From Dehalococcoidia bacterium (GTDB taxonomy: Bacteria > Chloroflexota > Dehalococcoidia > Plut-88900), in the NCBI GenBank assembly GCA_965207225.1, contig CBDBLV010000005.1, positions 736,001 through 800,000 on the forward strand: a stretch of DNA of 64,000 nucleotides, written 5' to 3'. The notes under the pieces were generated by a model, which saw only the letters and a list, made by a program, of their open reading frames with translations, ran no database searches and was not told the DNA's origin. Below are positions 8,624-18,701 of this stretch, piece by piece (position 1 is the stretch's first letter; the number at the start of each line of letters is the position of its first letter). The translations under genes were made by a program, and so were the position numbers.

Positions 8624-11101
8624 CTATGGTGATTCCTGTTCCTGCTCATGCCGCCTGTGGATATCATCTATAGCCACGTCCAGGTCGGTCCACATCCGTT
8701 CCACCATGGAGCGCAGCCGCATGTTCTGGTATGCGCCCCAGACTGTCATGGCCGTCGGCACAACCAGGATCGATACTATCAACGAGTAGACGATGGTTAT
8801 CGCCGCCGTTATCCCGAAGTCCCGAGATGCGTCTAGCGGTGAGAATACCAGCACCCCCAACCCCAGTCCCGTGGTCAGCGCGGATCCCAGCAGCGCCGAC
8901 CCCGTTGTTGCCAGAGTCTTGATAGCCGCCTTCTCCGGGCTCCTCAGCCGTGCGAACTCTTCCCGGTACCGGTGGATTATGTGGATCGTGTAGTCCACCC
9001 CGATCCCGATGGACAGCGCCGTGATGATCGATGTAACCAGTGAGTACGGGATGTCCAGCAGTGCCATGGTGCCCAACACCCAGATCAGGACCAGCACTAT
9101 CGGGCCCACGGCGAATACCGCCAGTATCGGCTGGCGGAGCGTCACCCAGAAGAAGATTCCCAGGACAGCCAGGGCTACCCCGACCGTGGTTGTAATAGCC
9201 TCAGTCTGCCGATTCGTGATCGCATCCGTGACCGTCACGGAGACCAAGCTCAAGGAAGTCGCCGTGATGGCTTCGTCGTCACCCGACCAAAGCTCCTCGA
9301 TCTCATCCTGGAGGATCTTGTTGGCCGCCGGATCGTCGTTGAATGCCGGGAACTGGAATAGCATCGTATCTATGCCATCGGGATTGTCCACCAGCACGTG
9401 TGCCGTAGCAGGGTCCAGCTCCTCCATCCTGTCAATCAACTCTTGCATCTTTACCGGATTCAACTCGAGCCCGGCATCTGCATCCCGATAGAGAGATGCC
9501 AATGTTTCATCGAACTTGTCGCCTGGGGCCCCACTGTCGTGCGTCCAGTCCCTTACCAGCAATTCGTATGAGGAAACTATCGGCCCCGCGGCCGCCTGGG
9601 GTCGACGCCTCTCATCCTCGAAAGCGCGCTCGAGGTCTCGCATGTTCAATAGCGTGCGCGTCTCCGTCGCCTCTGCCTTGACGATCACGCTCACCATCTC
9701 TGTAGATCCCCCCACCGACGCGTCCAGCGTATCCATGTCGGTCCTCAGCTCTCCACCCCTCGGCAGGATGTCCCGAATGCTGAACTCCGACTCGATGTCC
9801 GTGGCCGCAAACCCGAGCCCCACTGTAATCGCCAGCACTACCAGCAGGAATGGAGCGGGCCGCCTAGTTACGTTCCTCCCCAACACCTCAGCCAGTCTCT
9901 CGACCCCCGGAAGCGCCTGGGCAATGGGCCGAGGTGGTTTCAGCGTTCCTCGGGCCTCTCGCCTCCTGTCTATGATCGTCCTGCCTGCCGGGACAAAGGT
10001 AAGCATTACAATCAGGCTTAGCCCCACCCCCAGCCCCCCGATGATCCCGAAGTCTCCTACTATCTCCACCGTCGAGAACAGGCTCACCAGAAGGCTCGCG
10101 ATCGTCGTCACCGCAGCCAGCACCAGCGGCAGAATCACGTTTCGCAGTCCCGTCCGTATCGCAGGCGTCACTGTCAGGCCCGCAGTGCGTTGCTCCCTGT
10201 AGTGCGAAATCATCTGGATCGCGTAGTCAACCGTAAGGCTGATCACGATGATTGGCACCATCGTTGTCAGTGAGTTCGGAGGCCCCGTTGCCCCTAGGGC
10301 ATTTGGCCCGAGCCACCCCTCCGCCCCGACTATCCAGATCAACGCTACCAGGAGGCCTACCAGCGTAAGCAGCAGGTCGGTGATGGTGCGCATGAACAGC
10401 AGGAGCAGCCCCGCAATCAGCAAAAATGCAATCCCAATAAGCGGGAGCATTCCCGTTTCCGTGGCTTCCTTGTATTCGTCTTCGATTATCACTGGGGAGA
10501 GGCTGCTTACCTCCAGGCGCCCTTCGCTCTCTACCGCCAGCTCGTGTATTCTTCGCTCCGCTTCCTCGACCCGCTCGTCCCCCGTGTCCCGAAGCCGGAT
10601 GTTGGCTATCGAGATCTGAGTGCCATCCGTGTCAGTTCCTGTCAATGCCTCCAACGCCCTCTTGATCTCCGGAGGCCCGGTCGCCGCCTCTATTCTGGCT
10701 TCGGTAACTGACTCAAAGTCCTCCACCTGCAGAAGGACCCGTACCAGGTCCGTCGGCGCAATTACTGGGTCGGTCGGCGCTAGCAGCCCCGACACCGCCG
10801 GATCCCCGACCACCTCGTTGATCAGGTCGTCCATCTGGGACAACCCGTCTGGAGTCAGGGTGTCGCCCCGGAAGATCAGCGTCACCACGCTAGTCTCTCC
10901 CGACTCTCCGAACAGTTCGTCAATCTCATTCATCGCCGCGGTTATGGGACTTCCCTTGGGCAGGGTTGCTTCGGTTTCGGGAGGAGGCGCGCGGCGATCC
11001 GCGCCCATCGCCAGCAACACTGTAATGATCAGCAGGATCAATATCGTTATGTATGGACGGGCAGTAATCACCCAGCTAAGCCAACCGAGGATTTTGTTCA
11101 T
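8624..11101 (-). CDS. MMPL/RND family transporter
   Basis: 825 aa, two TM repeats with TVDYAI and GIGVDYTIH motifs. Confidence 0.88.
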   Translation of the reverse strand: MNKILGWLSWVITARPYITILILLIITVLLAMGADRRAPPPETEATLPKGSPITAAMNEIDELFGESGETSVVTLIFRGDTLTPDGLSQMDDLINEVVGDPAVSGLLAPTDPVIAPTDLVRVLLQVEDFESVTEARIEAATGPPEIKRALEALTGTDTDGTQISIANIRLRDTGDERVEEAERRIHELAVESEGRLEVSSLSPVIIEDEYKEATETGMLPLIGIAFLLIAGLLLLFMRTITDLLLTLVGLLVALIWIVGAEGWLGPNALGATGPPNSLTTMVPIIVISLTVDYAIQMISHYREQRTAGLTVTPAIRTGLRNVILPLVLAAVTTIASLLVSLFSTVEIVGDFGIIGGLGVGLSLIVMLTFVPAGRTIIDRRREARGTLKPPRPIAQALPGVERLAEVLGRNVTRRPAPFLLVVLAITVGLGFAATDIESEFSIRDILPRGGELRTDMDTLDASVGGSTEMVSVIVKAEATETRTLLNMRDLERAFEDERRRPQAAAGPIVSSYELLVRDWTHDSGAPGDKFDETLASLYRDADAGLELNPVKMQELIDRMEELDPATAHVLVDNPDGIDTMLFQFPAFNDDPAANKILQDEIEELWSGDDEAITATSLSLVSVTVTDAITNRQTEAITTTVGVALAVLGIFFWVTLRQPILAVFAVGPIVLVLIWVLGTMALLDIPYSLVTSIITALSIGIGVDYTIHIIHRYREEFARLRSPEKAAIKTLATTGSALLGSALTTGLGLGVLVFSPLDASRDFGITAAITIVYSLIVSILVVPTAMTVWGAYQNMRLRSMVERMWTDLDVAIDDIHRRHEQEQESP

Positions 11102-11226
11102 CGTTTACCCTTCCGTATCAGGCGTCCATGGGTTTCGAAACAGCCGTCTTCCGGACCAGTTCATTTGGCCTATCCCTAACGACATCCTTCCACTGCATCT
11201 TCTCTCGAGGTCCGGTCCCAGTCCAA

Positions 11227-12333
11227 CTACGATACTCCCGAATGTACCCTCGCCACGCCTTCGGGCTCGCCTGCCATCGACCCGTTCGATTCGAAGGAGT
11301 CGGCGTAAAACTGCTTGCAGTATTGCCTGAAGGGTATGATCTCCCCATCGGAAAGACATAGGCGCGGCTGGGCCCGGTAGCGCTTACGGCTCCAGATGAC
11401 CACGTCTTGCATCACATCCCCGCGCTGAAATCCCGCAACGAATCTGTTGAATACCGGGGCCCGATATCTCACCGGCAAGAACCCCAGGCCCGCAAACCAC
11501 CGTTTCGGCTTCCTTATCTCCCTTGCCTGGGAGACCAGTGACAGGTCGATCAGCTTGCCGTCCACGGGCGTCGCCAGTATCCACAGGCGCGTATCCACCC
11601 CTATCGACTTCTCTCGGATCTCAACGTACGAATACCCGAGCCCGTATATCTGCGTATTTGCAGATACGTCCAGGGTGACCTCCCCGATCTTCGCCACCCT
11701 GCGCTTACTCCTGAAGTCAAACCGGCTCTCAAGGTAGTGTCTATCCACCAGGAGCTTTCCCACTCTCTTCACATTGCCGTATCCATGTATATAGCGGAGG
11801 TGCGCCAGGTCCACGGAGTTTTCCGTCGTATCCTGCGGATGGCCGGGAAACCGGATTGTCTGGATCTTGGTTCTGGTCCAGCCTGTCTGGTCGGGTTCCT
11901 CTTGTGGAAGGTCCCATTGCGGCCCCCGCCCCCCGATTCCCCACCACCCCAAAATCAGCCCCGCAATCTCTCGCGTCTCGAAAACCCTTAGTTTTGCTGT
12001 TTTCGGCGGCTCGGCGAAGGGGGTAGCAACGCACTGCCCGGCAGCATCAAATTCGAATCCGTGAAACGGGCATACCAGCCGACCCCCGCGCACGCACCCT
12101 CCGGCATCGCTGCCCAGGTACGATCCCAGGTGCGGGCAATACGCCTCGGCCACGCAAACCCGACCCTTATCGCCGCACCAGGCTACAATCTCCTCCCCCA
12201 TCCATGTCCCTTGGAGGAGCTTGGCCTTTTCTATAGCCTTTCGGCTCGCGATGAAATACCAACCCTCCGGGAAGGGAGAGGGGGGTTCGTCCAGCATTGG
12301 TGGCCTGTGTCGGGTCGTTGTCAACCTGCGCAC
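11227..12333 (-). CDS. Rieske [2Fe-2S] oxygenase, Neverland/KshA (sterol desaturase/hydroxylase)-like
   Basis: FPEGWY, CPHLG...CPFHG, ENSVDLAHLRYIH, D-xx-IW..K and FRQYCKQFY. Confidence 0.85.
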   Translation of the reverse strand: MRRLTTTRHRPPMLDEPPSPFPEGWYFIASRKAIEKAKLLQGTWMGEEIVAWCGDKGRVCVAEAYCPHLGSYLGSDAGGCVRGGRLVCPFHGFEFDAAGQCVATPFAEPPKTAKLRVFETREIAGLILGWWGIGGRGPQWDLPQEEPDQTGWTRTKIQTIRFPGHPQDTTENSVDLAHLRYIHGYGNVKRVGKLLVDRHYLESRFDFRSKRRVAKIGEVTLDVSANTQIYGLGYSYVEIREKSIGVDTRLWILATPVDGKLIDLSLVSQAREIRKPKRWFAGLGFLPVRYRAPVFNRFVAGFQRGDVMQDVVIWSRKRYRAQPRLCLSDGEIIPFRQYCKQFYADSFESNGSMAGEPEGVARVHSGVS

Positions 12334-12485
12334 CTTGCTTTTACGGTCGAGTTGGCCGTAGCTTTATCCGTCAAGGTTATGTCTTACCTTAGTTGTACTG
12401 TTTGGACAGCGCGAACTCTATCACGCCCAGTTTCAGGCGGGCAATCTCAGGCGCTTATTGGCGTATTCACCAGTGCAGGATCGCA

Positions 12486-13949
12486 TCATGCGAAACCGTA
12501 GGCTTCCTCCGTATCCTCAACGCGCATCAGCAGCGCCGGCAAAATGGAGAACAGCGCAAGGAAACCCGCTATCATGAACAGGTTCTGGAAGACTGTCACA
12601 CCGGCCTCTATCAGGGGTGCTTCCGTCTCCTCGAAGGTTTCACCCAGGGTCACATCCGCAGTGAGCGTGTAGAAACGCTCTATGCCCCACGCCGAAAGGG
12701 CTGCCAGCCCCAACGCCATACCGACCATCCGAGACGCTGTCACCAGCGACGCCGCCGCTCCCCAGTAGTCTCCCGGCGCCGCGCTAAGGGCGCTCACAGT
12801 GATCGGTGGGATTACCAGCCCGAACCCCAGGCCCGTGATTACCAGAGGCGCCGTAAGCCTGAGTTGCTCAACCTGTGTCTCCCAGCCACTCATGAACAGC
12901 AGGCCCGTGCCTATGAATGCCAGGCCGGTAATGCACACCGCGCGCACACCCGTCCACCGCAGGATGTAGCCTCCCACTATTGCTCCCACGGGTATTGCCG
13001 CCGTGAGCCGGAACAGGTGCAGGGCGCTCACCCAGGCCGGTTTCTCCATCACGGTAGCTGCCATCAACGGCACCGCTACCAGGGAGATTATCAGCGCCAC
13101 CCCCACCAGGAACTGGGTCGCATTGGAGGACAGGAAGGCCCGCGAGTTGTACAGAAATGAGGCCAGCAGAGGCTGGGCGGTACGCCTCTCCATCACGATC
13201 AGTATCCCCACCAAAACGACTCCCAGGGCGATCATGAAATACGGGACTATCGACTCCCCGGAAAAGATCGTCCTCTGGGAGAGCGCCAGGCTCAATGTGG
13301 TAAGAGCTCCTCCCAGGATCAGCGCCCCGAGGTAGTCCATTTTCGCCGATGGGTTGGCCCGGTTCTTCAGGATGGCCAATAATGCGATTAGAAAGAAGCT
13401 CTGCGGGATGTCCAGCCAGAATATCCACCTCCACCCGATCCACTCGATAATCCCACCACCATACAAAGGCCCCAGCACCGACCCCGCCTCCGCCGACGCC
13501 GCAACCAGCCCAAGGGCCACCCCTCTCTTCTGCGGCTCGACGGTCCCCACTGCCATCGCGAGCCCTATAGGAACCGTGGCCCCACCCCCCGCCGCCTGCA
13601 GCACCCTCGCCGTTACCACCCACGGAAAGTTCGGCGCCACCGCCACAAGCGCCGACCCTATGGAGAACAATACAAGTGCCGCCTGGAACATCCTCACCCG
13701 ACCATGAACGTCGGAAAGCCGCCCCGCTAGCGGCATTGCTACCGTATAGCTCACCAGGTATGCCGTTACAATCCAGGAGGCCGTGTCCAGGTCCGTAAGC
13801 GGGATCTCCAGGTCCACCATCACACTGGGCAGTGCGGCAACCACTACGGTCTGGTCAAGGGCGGTGGAGAATACCCCCAGGCAGAGGATCCCCAGGATGA
13901 CCGACTGCGAAGAACCAAGGGCCATCAGGCCCGACCTGGCTGACTTCAC
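12486..13949 (-). CDS. DHA2-type MFS transporter, Rv1410c/P55-like
   Basis: ALDQTVV, WIVTAYL..AMPLAGRLSD, SRMVGMALGLAALSAWG resemble mycobacterial P55. Confidence 0.82.
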   Translation of the reverse strand: MKSARSGLMALGSSQSVILGILCLGVFSTALDQTVVVAALPSVMVDLEIPLTDLDTASWIVTAYLVSYTVAMPLAGRLSDVHGRVRMFQAALVLFSIGSALVAVAPNFPWVVTARVLQAAGGGATVPIGLAMAVGTVEPQKRGVALGLVAASAEAGSVLGPLYGGGIIEWIGWRWIFWLDIPQSFFLIALLAILKNRANPSAKMDYLGALILGGALTTLSLALSQRTIFSGESIVPYFMIALGVVLVGILIVMERRTAQPLLASFLYNSRAFLSSNATQFLVGVALIISLVAVPLMAATVMEKPAWVSALHLFRLTAAIPVGAIVGGYILRWTGVRAVCITGLAFIGTGLLFMSGWETQVEQLRLTAPLVITGLGFGLVIPPITVSALSAAPGDYWGAAASLVTASRMVGMALGLAALSAWGIERFYTLTADVTLGETFEETEAPLIEAGVTVFQNLFMIAGFLALFSILPALLMRVEDTEEAYGFA

Positions 13950-14722
13950 GGCTGCGAAGCTGTCTCCGGGACCTGGATTTCCACCGGCAGGTTGATATCG
14001 CGTATCTTGATCAGGCGGCTTGTTTCGGGGGCGTCGTCCGCGAAGATTTTTCCCAGGATTTGGAATTGTGTGATCGCGTGGTCGGCCTCGCTGAACCAGA
14101 AGCCCAGCCTGAGCTCGTGTCCCGGGTCAACGGAGGTAATCAGTTCCCCCAGGTCCTCTGATAAGGCGTCTCCTTGTACCCGGATGCTCTCTACCCCGCC
14201 AATCGACTCCCTTCCAGTGATCTGCGTGTTCTCCATCGCGGGCAATACTCGGGCCAGGATGGCGCCTATCCCCCCAAAATTGAAGGGCACTTGTTCCAGC
14301 GGAAGAGGTAGCCACGGCGCATCGGCCGAGAATTTGATGAATGAGTCCTCGCCTACCGCCGTCATCTCGATCACAACGAATCCGAAACTGGGATTCTCCA
14401 CGTTCACGTACATCTTGAAGCCGTCCGGCGACTTCACCTCCCCCTCCACGCTCTTCAGGGTCATCCCGAAGAACTCCTGCCCCGACTCCTTCTCATCCAC
14501 CATCTCAAACTTCACCGTTGAAATCGCTGTCAGTTTCTCCTCAGCGCTGGAGACCAGTTCATCAAGGGTGATCTCGGGCATCGGTGTTGCTGTTGGCTCA
14601 ACAGTGGCGGGGGCCTCCGCTTCGGGCTCGGCCCCCGACCCGCACGCCGCCCCCAAAACCAGCAGACCTATCAAGAGAATAGTGACGGCAACCCTTGAAC
14701 GTACAGCCTCGGACAACTTCAT
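13946..14722 (-). CDS. Lipoprotein, LppX/LprAFG (LprG)-like
   Basis: Lipobox LGAAC, P/T/A linker, GRESIGGVES, C-terminal PVEIQVP; 4-bp overlap with the MFS gene. Confidence 0.72.
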   Translation of the reverse strand: MKLSEAVRSRVAVTILLIGLLVLGAACGSGAEPEAEAPATVEPTATPMPEITLDELVSSAEEKLTAISTVKFEMVDEKESGQEFFGMTLKSVEGEVKSPDGFKMYVNVENPSFGFVVIEMTAVGEDSFIKFSADAPWLPLPLEQVPFNFGGIGAILARVLPAMENTQITGRESIGGVESIRVQGDALSEDLGELITSVDPGHELRLGFWFSEADHAITQFQILGKIFADDAPETSRLIKIRDINLPVEIQVPETASQP

Positions 14723-15057
14723 CTGCTGGTCTCCATATAGATTAGCCTTGTAACCACACTAAGGTGCCGTTTCGTAGGTAAAAGGAGGGCGATATCTTTC
14801 AGCGGGATTCGCTGTACCTCCACCCCACCCCCGGGGACATGCCAACCCCACGGCTTTATTGCAGCTTCCACAGCCGCTAAGCGCGTTGGAGATGCCGTTG
14901 TTTGCCGCTTGTCGGTATGCAAAACAGCGTGATTCGTATTCAACGAGAAGCGCAAGCAGACCGGACCACCGCCGAAACAGTATCCAGAACCTGCTTTCTT
15001 GTCAAACTGCCCCGTCGCCTGCCTATCCTTCAGGCATCGTTTCCTGATCTTATCCTG

Positions 15058-15591
15058 CTATTGGGTTTCCTTCGTAATAGCCAAGTCTTCGTTGGATCCG
15101 AAGATGAAACCACCCAGAAAAGGCTCGAAAATACTACGGTATTCCTGGATCTGAGATTCGATGTCCAGCCCTTCTTTATCTTGCACTTCTACTTCAAGAA
15201 CCTGTCCCACGCCATCTACATCATCGAGATTGAAGATGACATTATCTTTGTGCCACAGTTCTCTACGCTTACGCACAATAGCTCGGATTCCCAACGCCGC
15301 TTTCAGAACATCAGACAGTCGAGAGTCGTTGACATTCCACATCTGAAAAGTGCTCGTTCTGGCCCCTTCTTCTTGTCGGTCACAATAGTGGATCAGATGT
15401 CGGCTCCCTTTTTCAGCGCGTAGCTTGAGACGTCGAACCCCTGCCCCATCTTCATGAACTGGTAGGTGATAGAAGTAGTCCACCTGCTCTTTAGTCTCTA
15501 TAAACAGCGCTCCGGACTCCTGGAGAATCCTTCGCACCGGTGCAAAGTCGGGACAATACGCCTTTATTTCTCGATTTGTTCTTGGGGCCAT
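15058..15591 (-). CDS. CYTH-domain protein (class IV adenylate cyclase/triphosphatase family)
   Basis: REIKA, QVDYFY, RLKLR, KRRE, LDDVDGVG..LEVEV; start set at MAPR. Confidence 0.8.
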   Translation of the reverse strand: MAPRTNREIKAYCPDFAPVRRILQESGALFIETKEQVDYFYHLPVHEDGAGVRRLKLRAEKGSRHLIHYCDRQEEGARTSTFQMWNVNDSRLSDVLKAALGIRAIVRKRRELWHKDNVIFNLDDVDGVGQVLEVEVQDKEGLDIESQIQEYRSIFEPFLGGFIFGSNEDLAITKETQ

Positions 15592-15780
15592 GACGCCTTT
15601 TAGTGGATGGTAGATTCTGTGCCATTCTACTCCACTACTTATTGCATACACCGTGTCATCCCAATGCCCCACTAAAGATCTGGGGCGAGGCCTTATCCCC
15701 TTCCCCAATTGCATATCCCCACCATCGGGACTAGACTCATTTCACCATCCAATCCTCCCACGGAAGGCGGATAATCAGCC

Positions 15781-16845
15781 ATGCAGATTCCCTTCGGAGT
15801 CATCGACGCGGACGGCCACATTATTGAAGACCAGGCCAGAATCCGGGACTATATGCCCGAGCCCTACAACGGCTTCCTCATGGACAACCTCCCCGACACC
15901 CAGGGCCGAGTGGGCCATGGCAGCGCCATCACCAACCGCGCTTTCTCCGACTCCACCCTCGGGGGCAGGATGGGCGGTCTGGGCCCAGCCGGCTACCCCT
16001 TCCCCAATGACTGGCTCGACGCCCTGGGCTGGGGCGGCATGGAAATGACCTTCCTTTTCCCCACCGTACTCCTCACTTACGGCACCATCTGGGACCCCGA
16101 CTACCTCAAGGCTCTGACCTACGCCTACAACTGCTGGGTGGCCGACGAATGGCTCAGCGTTAGCCCCAGGCTCAAGGCCGTCTCCCTCGTTCCTCTAACC
16201 GATGTCCAGGCTGGAATCAAGGAGATGCGACGCACTGTCACCGAGTCGGGCTTCTCCGGTGTTATGCTTCCGGCCGTTGGGTTCGGCGGATACGGAGAAA
16301 GCCGCCTCGATCCGTTCTACGAAGAAGCCCAGGCCCTCGGTTGCCTCCTAGCCGTCCACGGCGGCACCTCCGAGTACATGAAGTACACCAAGTTCATCCA
16401 GCGCCACACCACCGCCTTCCCCATCTCCAACATGCTCCAGACCGTCCACATGGTCTACGGTGGCGTCTTCGAAAGGTTCCCGACCCTCAAGGTCGGCTAT
16501 CTCGAAACCGGCTGCACTTGGGTCCCCTTCTTCCTCGACAGGATGGATGAGGAATGGGAAAAACGCGGCTGGCTCGAAACCCCTGACTGCAAGCGCAAAC
16601 CCAGTGAATACCTCAAGAGCGACAGGGTCTGGTACCACGCCGAGCCCAGCGAGTCCCTAGTTCCCCAGGTCGTCGACATCCTCGGCGAAGACACCCTCTT
16701 CTACGCCTCAGACTGGCCCCACTGGGACAACGAATACCCCGAAAGCGTCGAACACTTCTGGACCCGGGAAGACCTCTCAAAAGACGTCAAGCGCAAGATC
16801 CTCCGTGACAACTCCCTAGCCATGTACGGCGTAAACGGCGCCTAG
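15781..16845 (+). CDS. Amidohydrolase_2 family protein
   Basis: IDADGH, AVHGG, ERFPTLKVGYLETG, ASDWPH. Confidence 0.9.
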   Translation: MQIPFGVIDADGHIIEDQARIRDYMPEPYNGFLMDNLPDTQGRVGHGSAITNRAFSDSTLGGRMGGLGPAGYPFPNDWLDALGWGGMEMTFLFPTVLLTYGTIWDPDYLKALTYAYNCWVADEWLSVSPRLKAVSLVPLTDVQAGIKEMRRTVTESGFSGVMLPAVGFGGYGESRLDPFYEEAQALGCLLAVHGGTSEYMKYTKFIQRHTTAFPISNMLQTVHMVYGGVFERFPTLKVGYLETGCTWVPFFLDRMDEEWEKRGWLETPDCKRKPSEYLKSDRVWYHAEPSESLVPQVVDILGEDTLFYASDWPHWDNEYPESVEHFWTREDLSKDVKRKILRDNSLAMYGVNGA

Positions 16846-16865
16846 TCCATCTCAAGGGGGAGGGG

Positions 16866-16946
16866 CATTCCGCTCGCCTGCCTCTGGCGGGAGCGGGAGT
16901 CGAAGCCTGTCCTGAGGCTCTCGAAGGGGGTCTCAAGAGCGGAATG
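16866..16946. repeat. Intergenic palindromic repeat
   Basis: CATTCCGCTC...GAGCGGAATG; related to 41342-41388. Confidence 0.6.
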
Positions 16947-17044
16947 GGAGGGGTGCTGAGACACCAGGCTGGGTTAGGCAAAAGCCCCTTGCCGAGAGAA
17001 GGCTAGCCCCTACATCTGGTCTTCCAAGAGGCTGGGAGTTCCAA

Positions 17045-18145
17045 CTACCCTAACTTCTCCAGTACCCACTGGTTGAACTTGTAAGGCAGGTGTTCCTGCT
17101 CGGAGTACACCCCCTGCCTATGTGCCCGAGACCTGATCGCCGACTGCACCTGTTCGCAGATGTCGTAGTCCTGCTTCAGCACTCGGTCCAGGAACCCCAC
17201 TGTATCGCTCGGATCAAACCCCGACGCCTCCACTACTGACTCCTCGAAAAGCCAGTCCACAGTTAGCCGGCTGGTGGTCGCGGTCACGGGCCACTTGTAG
17301 AACACGAATACCTGGTCCGGCAGTAATCCAAAGAATACGTTGGGGTAAATCGTCAGGCTCCGAAACTTGGCCCTATCCTCTTCGGAGAGAGTGCTGAGCA
17401 TCGGCCGGGCCCCGAATCCCGTGTCTGAGTATGTCGTCGCCCCTTCGATGAGTGGCGCTCCGTCCCGAGCCTCTTGCCCTATGACGCCGCTCCTGAATGT
17501 GGGGTGTATCTCGCACAGCTCCGGGTGCACGCCCGGGCAGTGGTAGCACTCAACGTTGTTCTCCAGCACCAGCTTCCAGTTTGCCTGGATCTCGTAGACG
17601 TTCCTATGCCCGATTCTCAAATTTGCCAGGTTGTACTTGGGCAATTTGTCCTCCAGCACTCCCAGATCCGGTTCGAAGGGCTCGGGGTTCTCAGACATAT
17701 TCAGGAATATGAATCCCTCCCACAGCGCGATTGAAACCGGGTAAAGGGATAACGGGTCCCCGTTGAGTGATGGTGGAGCAGCCAGGTTCGGCGTGGCTGC
17801 CAGTTTGCCGTCCAGGTTGTAAGTCCAACCGTGATAGCCACACGAGAAGGCGCTCCCCCTCGCCCGACCCCCCTCATCCGAACACAACCGGTTCCCACGG
17901 TGTCGGCACACGTTATAGAACGCCTTGACCTCCCCCGACTTTGTCCTCACCACTATCACGCCCTGATCCCCGATCTCCCGGACTATGTAGTCGCTGGCAT
18001 TGGAGACCTCCTCCACCCGTCCCACACCCACCCACGAGTCGTAGAATATGCGCTCCTTTTCCTGCTCGAAGATCTCCGGGTCGTAGTAGTAGGCACTCGG
18101 GAGAGTACGGTTCAAACCCGACGTTCCAGTGAGTTCTGCCACCAT
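17045..18145 (-). CDS. Rieske ring-hydroxylating oxygenase alpha subunit (GbcA/choline-monooxygenase-like)
   Basis: NVCRHRG, CGYHGW, NWK..ENNVECYHC..VHPEL, QD...CE. Confidence 0.9.
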   Translation of the reverse strand: MVAELTGTSGLNRTLPSAYYYDPEIFEQEKERIFYDSWVGVGRVEEVSNASDYIVREIGDQGVIVVRTKSGEVKAFYNVCRHRGNRLCSDEGGRARGSAFSCGYHGWTYNLDGKLAATPNLAAPPSLNGDPLSLYPVSIALWEGFIFLNMSENPEPFEPDLGVLEDKLPKYNLANLRIGHRNVYEIQANWKLVLENNVECYHCPGVHPELCEIHPTFRSGVIGQEARDGAPLIEGATTYSDTGFGARPMLSTLSEEDRAKFRSLTIYPNVFFGLLPDQVFVFYKWPVTATTSRLTVDWLFEESVVEASGFDPSDTVGFLDRVLKQDYDICEQVQSAIRSRAHRQGVYSEQEHLPYKFNQWVLEKLG

Positions 18146-18390
18146 GGCGCTGCTCCTGTCTCCAATAGAGCCGGTGCTGCTCGGAAACCGTCCGATTTAC
18201 TCGTCTATACAGAAGCACCCAAGCATTTCAACCTGAACCTGTTCAAGGTTCTGAAAGGGGCTTGGGTGCCTCAATGCGCCTTGTTTAGCTTGCCTGCTAG
18301 TTGTACAGCTAAGATCCCTGTATTCGGGTGGTTACTCCATTGTGCAATACGAACCGACCCCAGGTTTCGGGCAGGTCTCGGGAGCCTCCC

Positions 18391-18618
18391 CTACTCACCC
18401 CAAGGGTTGGGCAAGCCTCTCAGGAGAAACGTACCGACCAGTCCAATCGCCCCGACTAGGACGAGGAAGAAAGCTAGCTCGTTACCGATGCCCGGGTTGC
18501 CAGCCAACAGATTGCCGTTGTCCGGATCGGAATCTACCAGGTATCCGCCGAATGATATAACTGCTCCGGCTATTATCATAATGGCGAACAGCCCCAAAAG
18601 CGCCTGTGAAATTGACAT
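18391..18618 (-). CDS. Small 2-TM membrane protein
   Basis: 75 aa, two hydrophobic stretches, GGGGAG RBS-like site upstream. Confidence 0.55.
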   Translation of the reverse strand: MSISQALLGLFAIMIIAGAVISFGGYLVDSDPDNGNLLAGNPGIGNELAFFLVLVGAIGLVGTFLLRGLPNPWGE

Positions 18619-18701
18619 CCCGGTTACTCCCCCTGTCTGTTGTGGGAGTTATGGTAAGGCCGACAGACACGGGTGTCAATTCCTCTACGAAAGTGCTCTT
18701 G

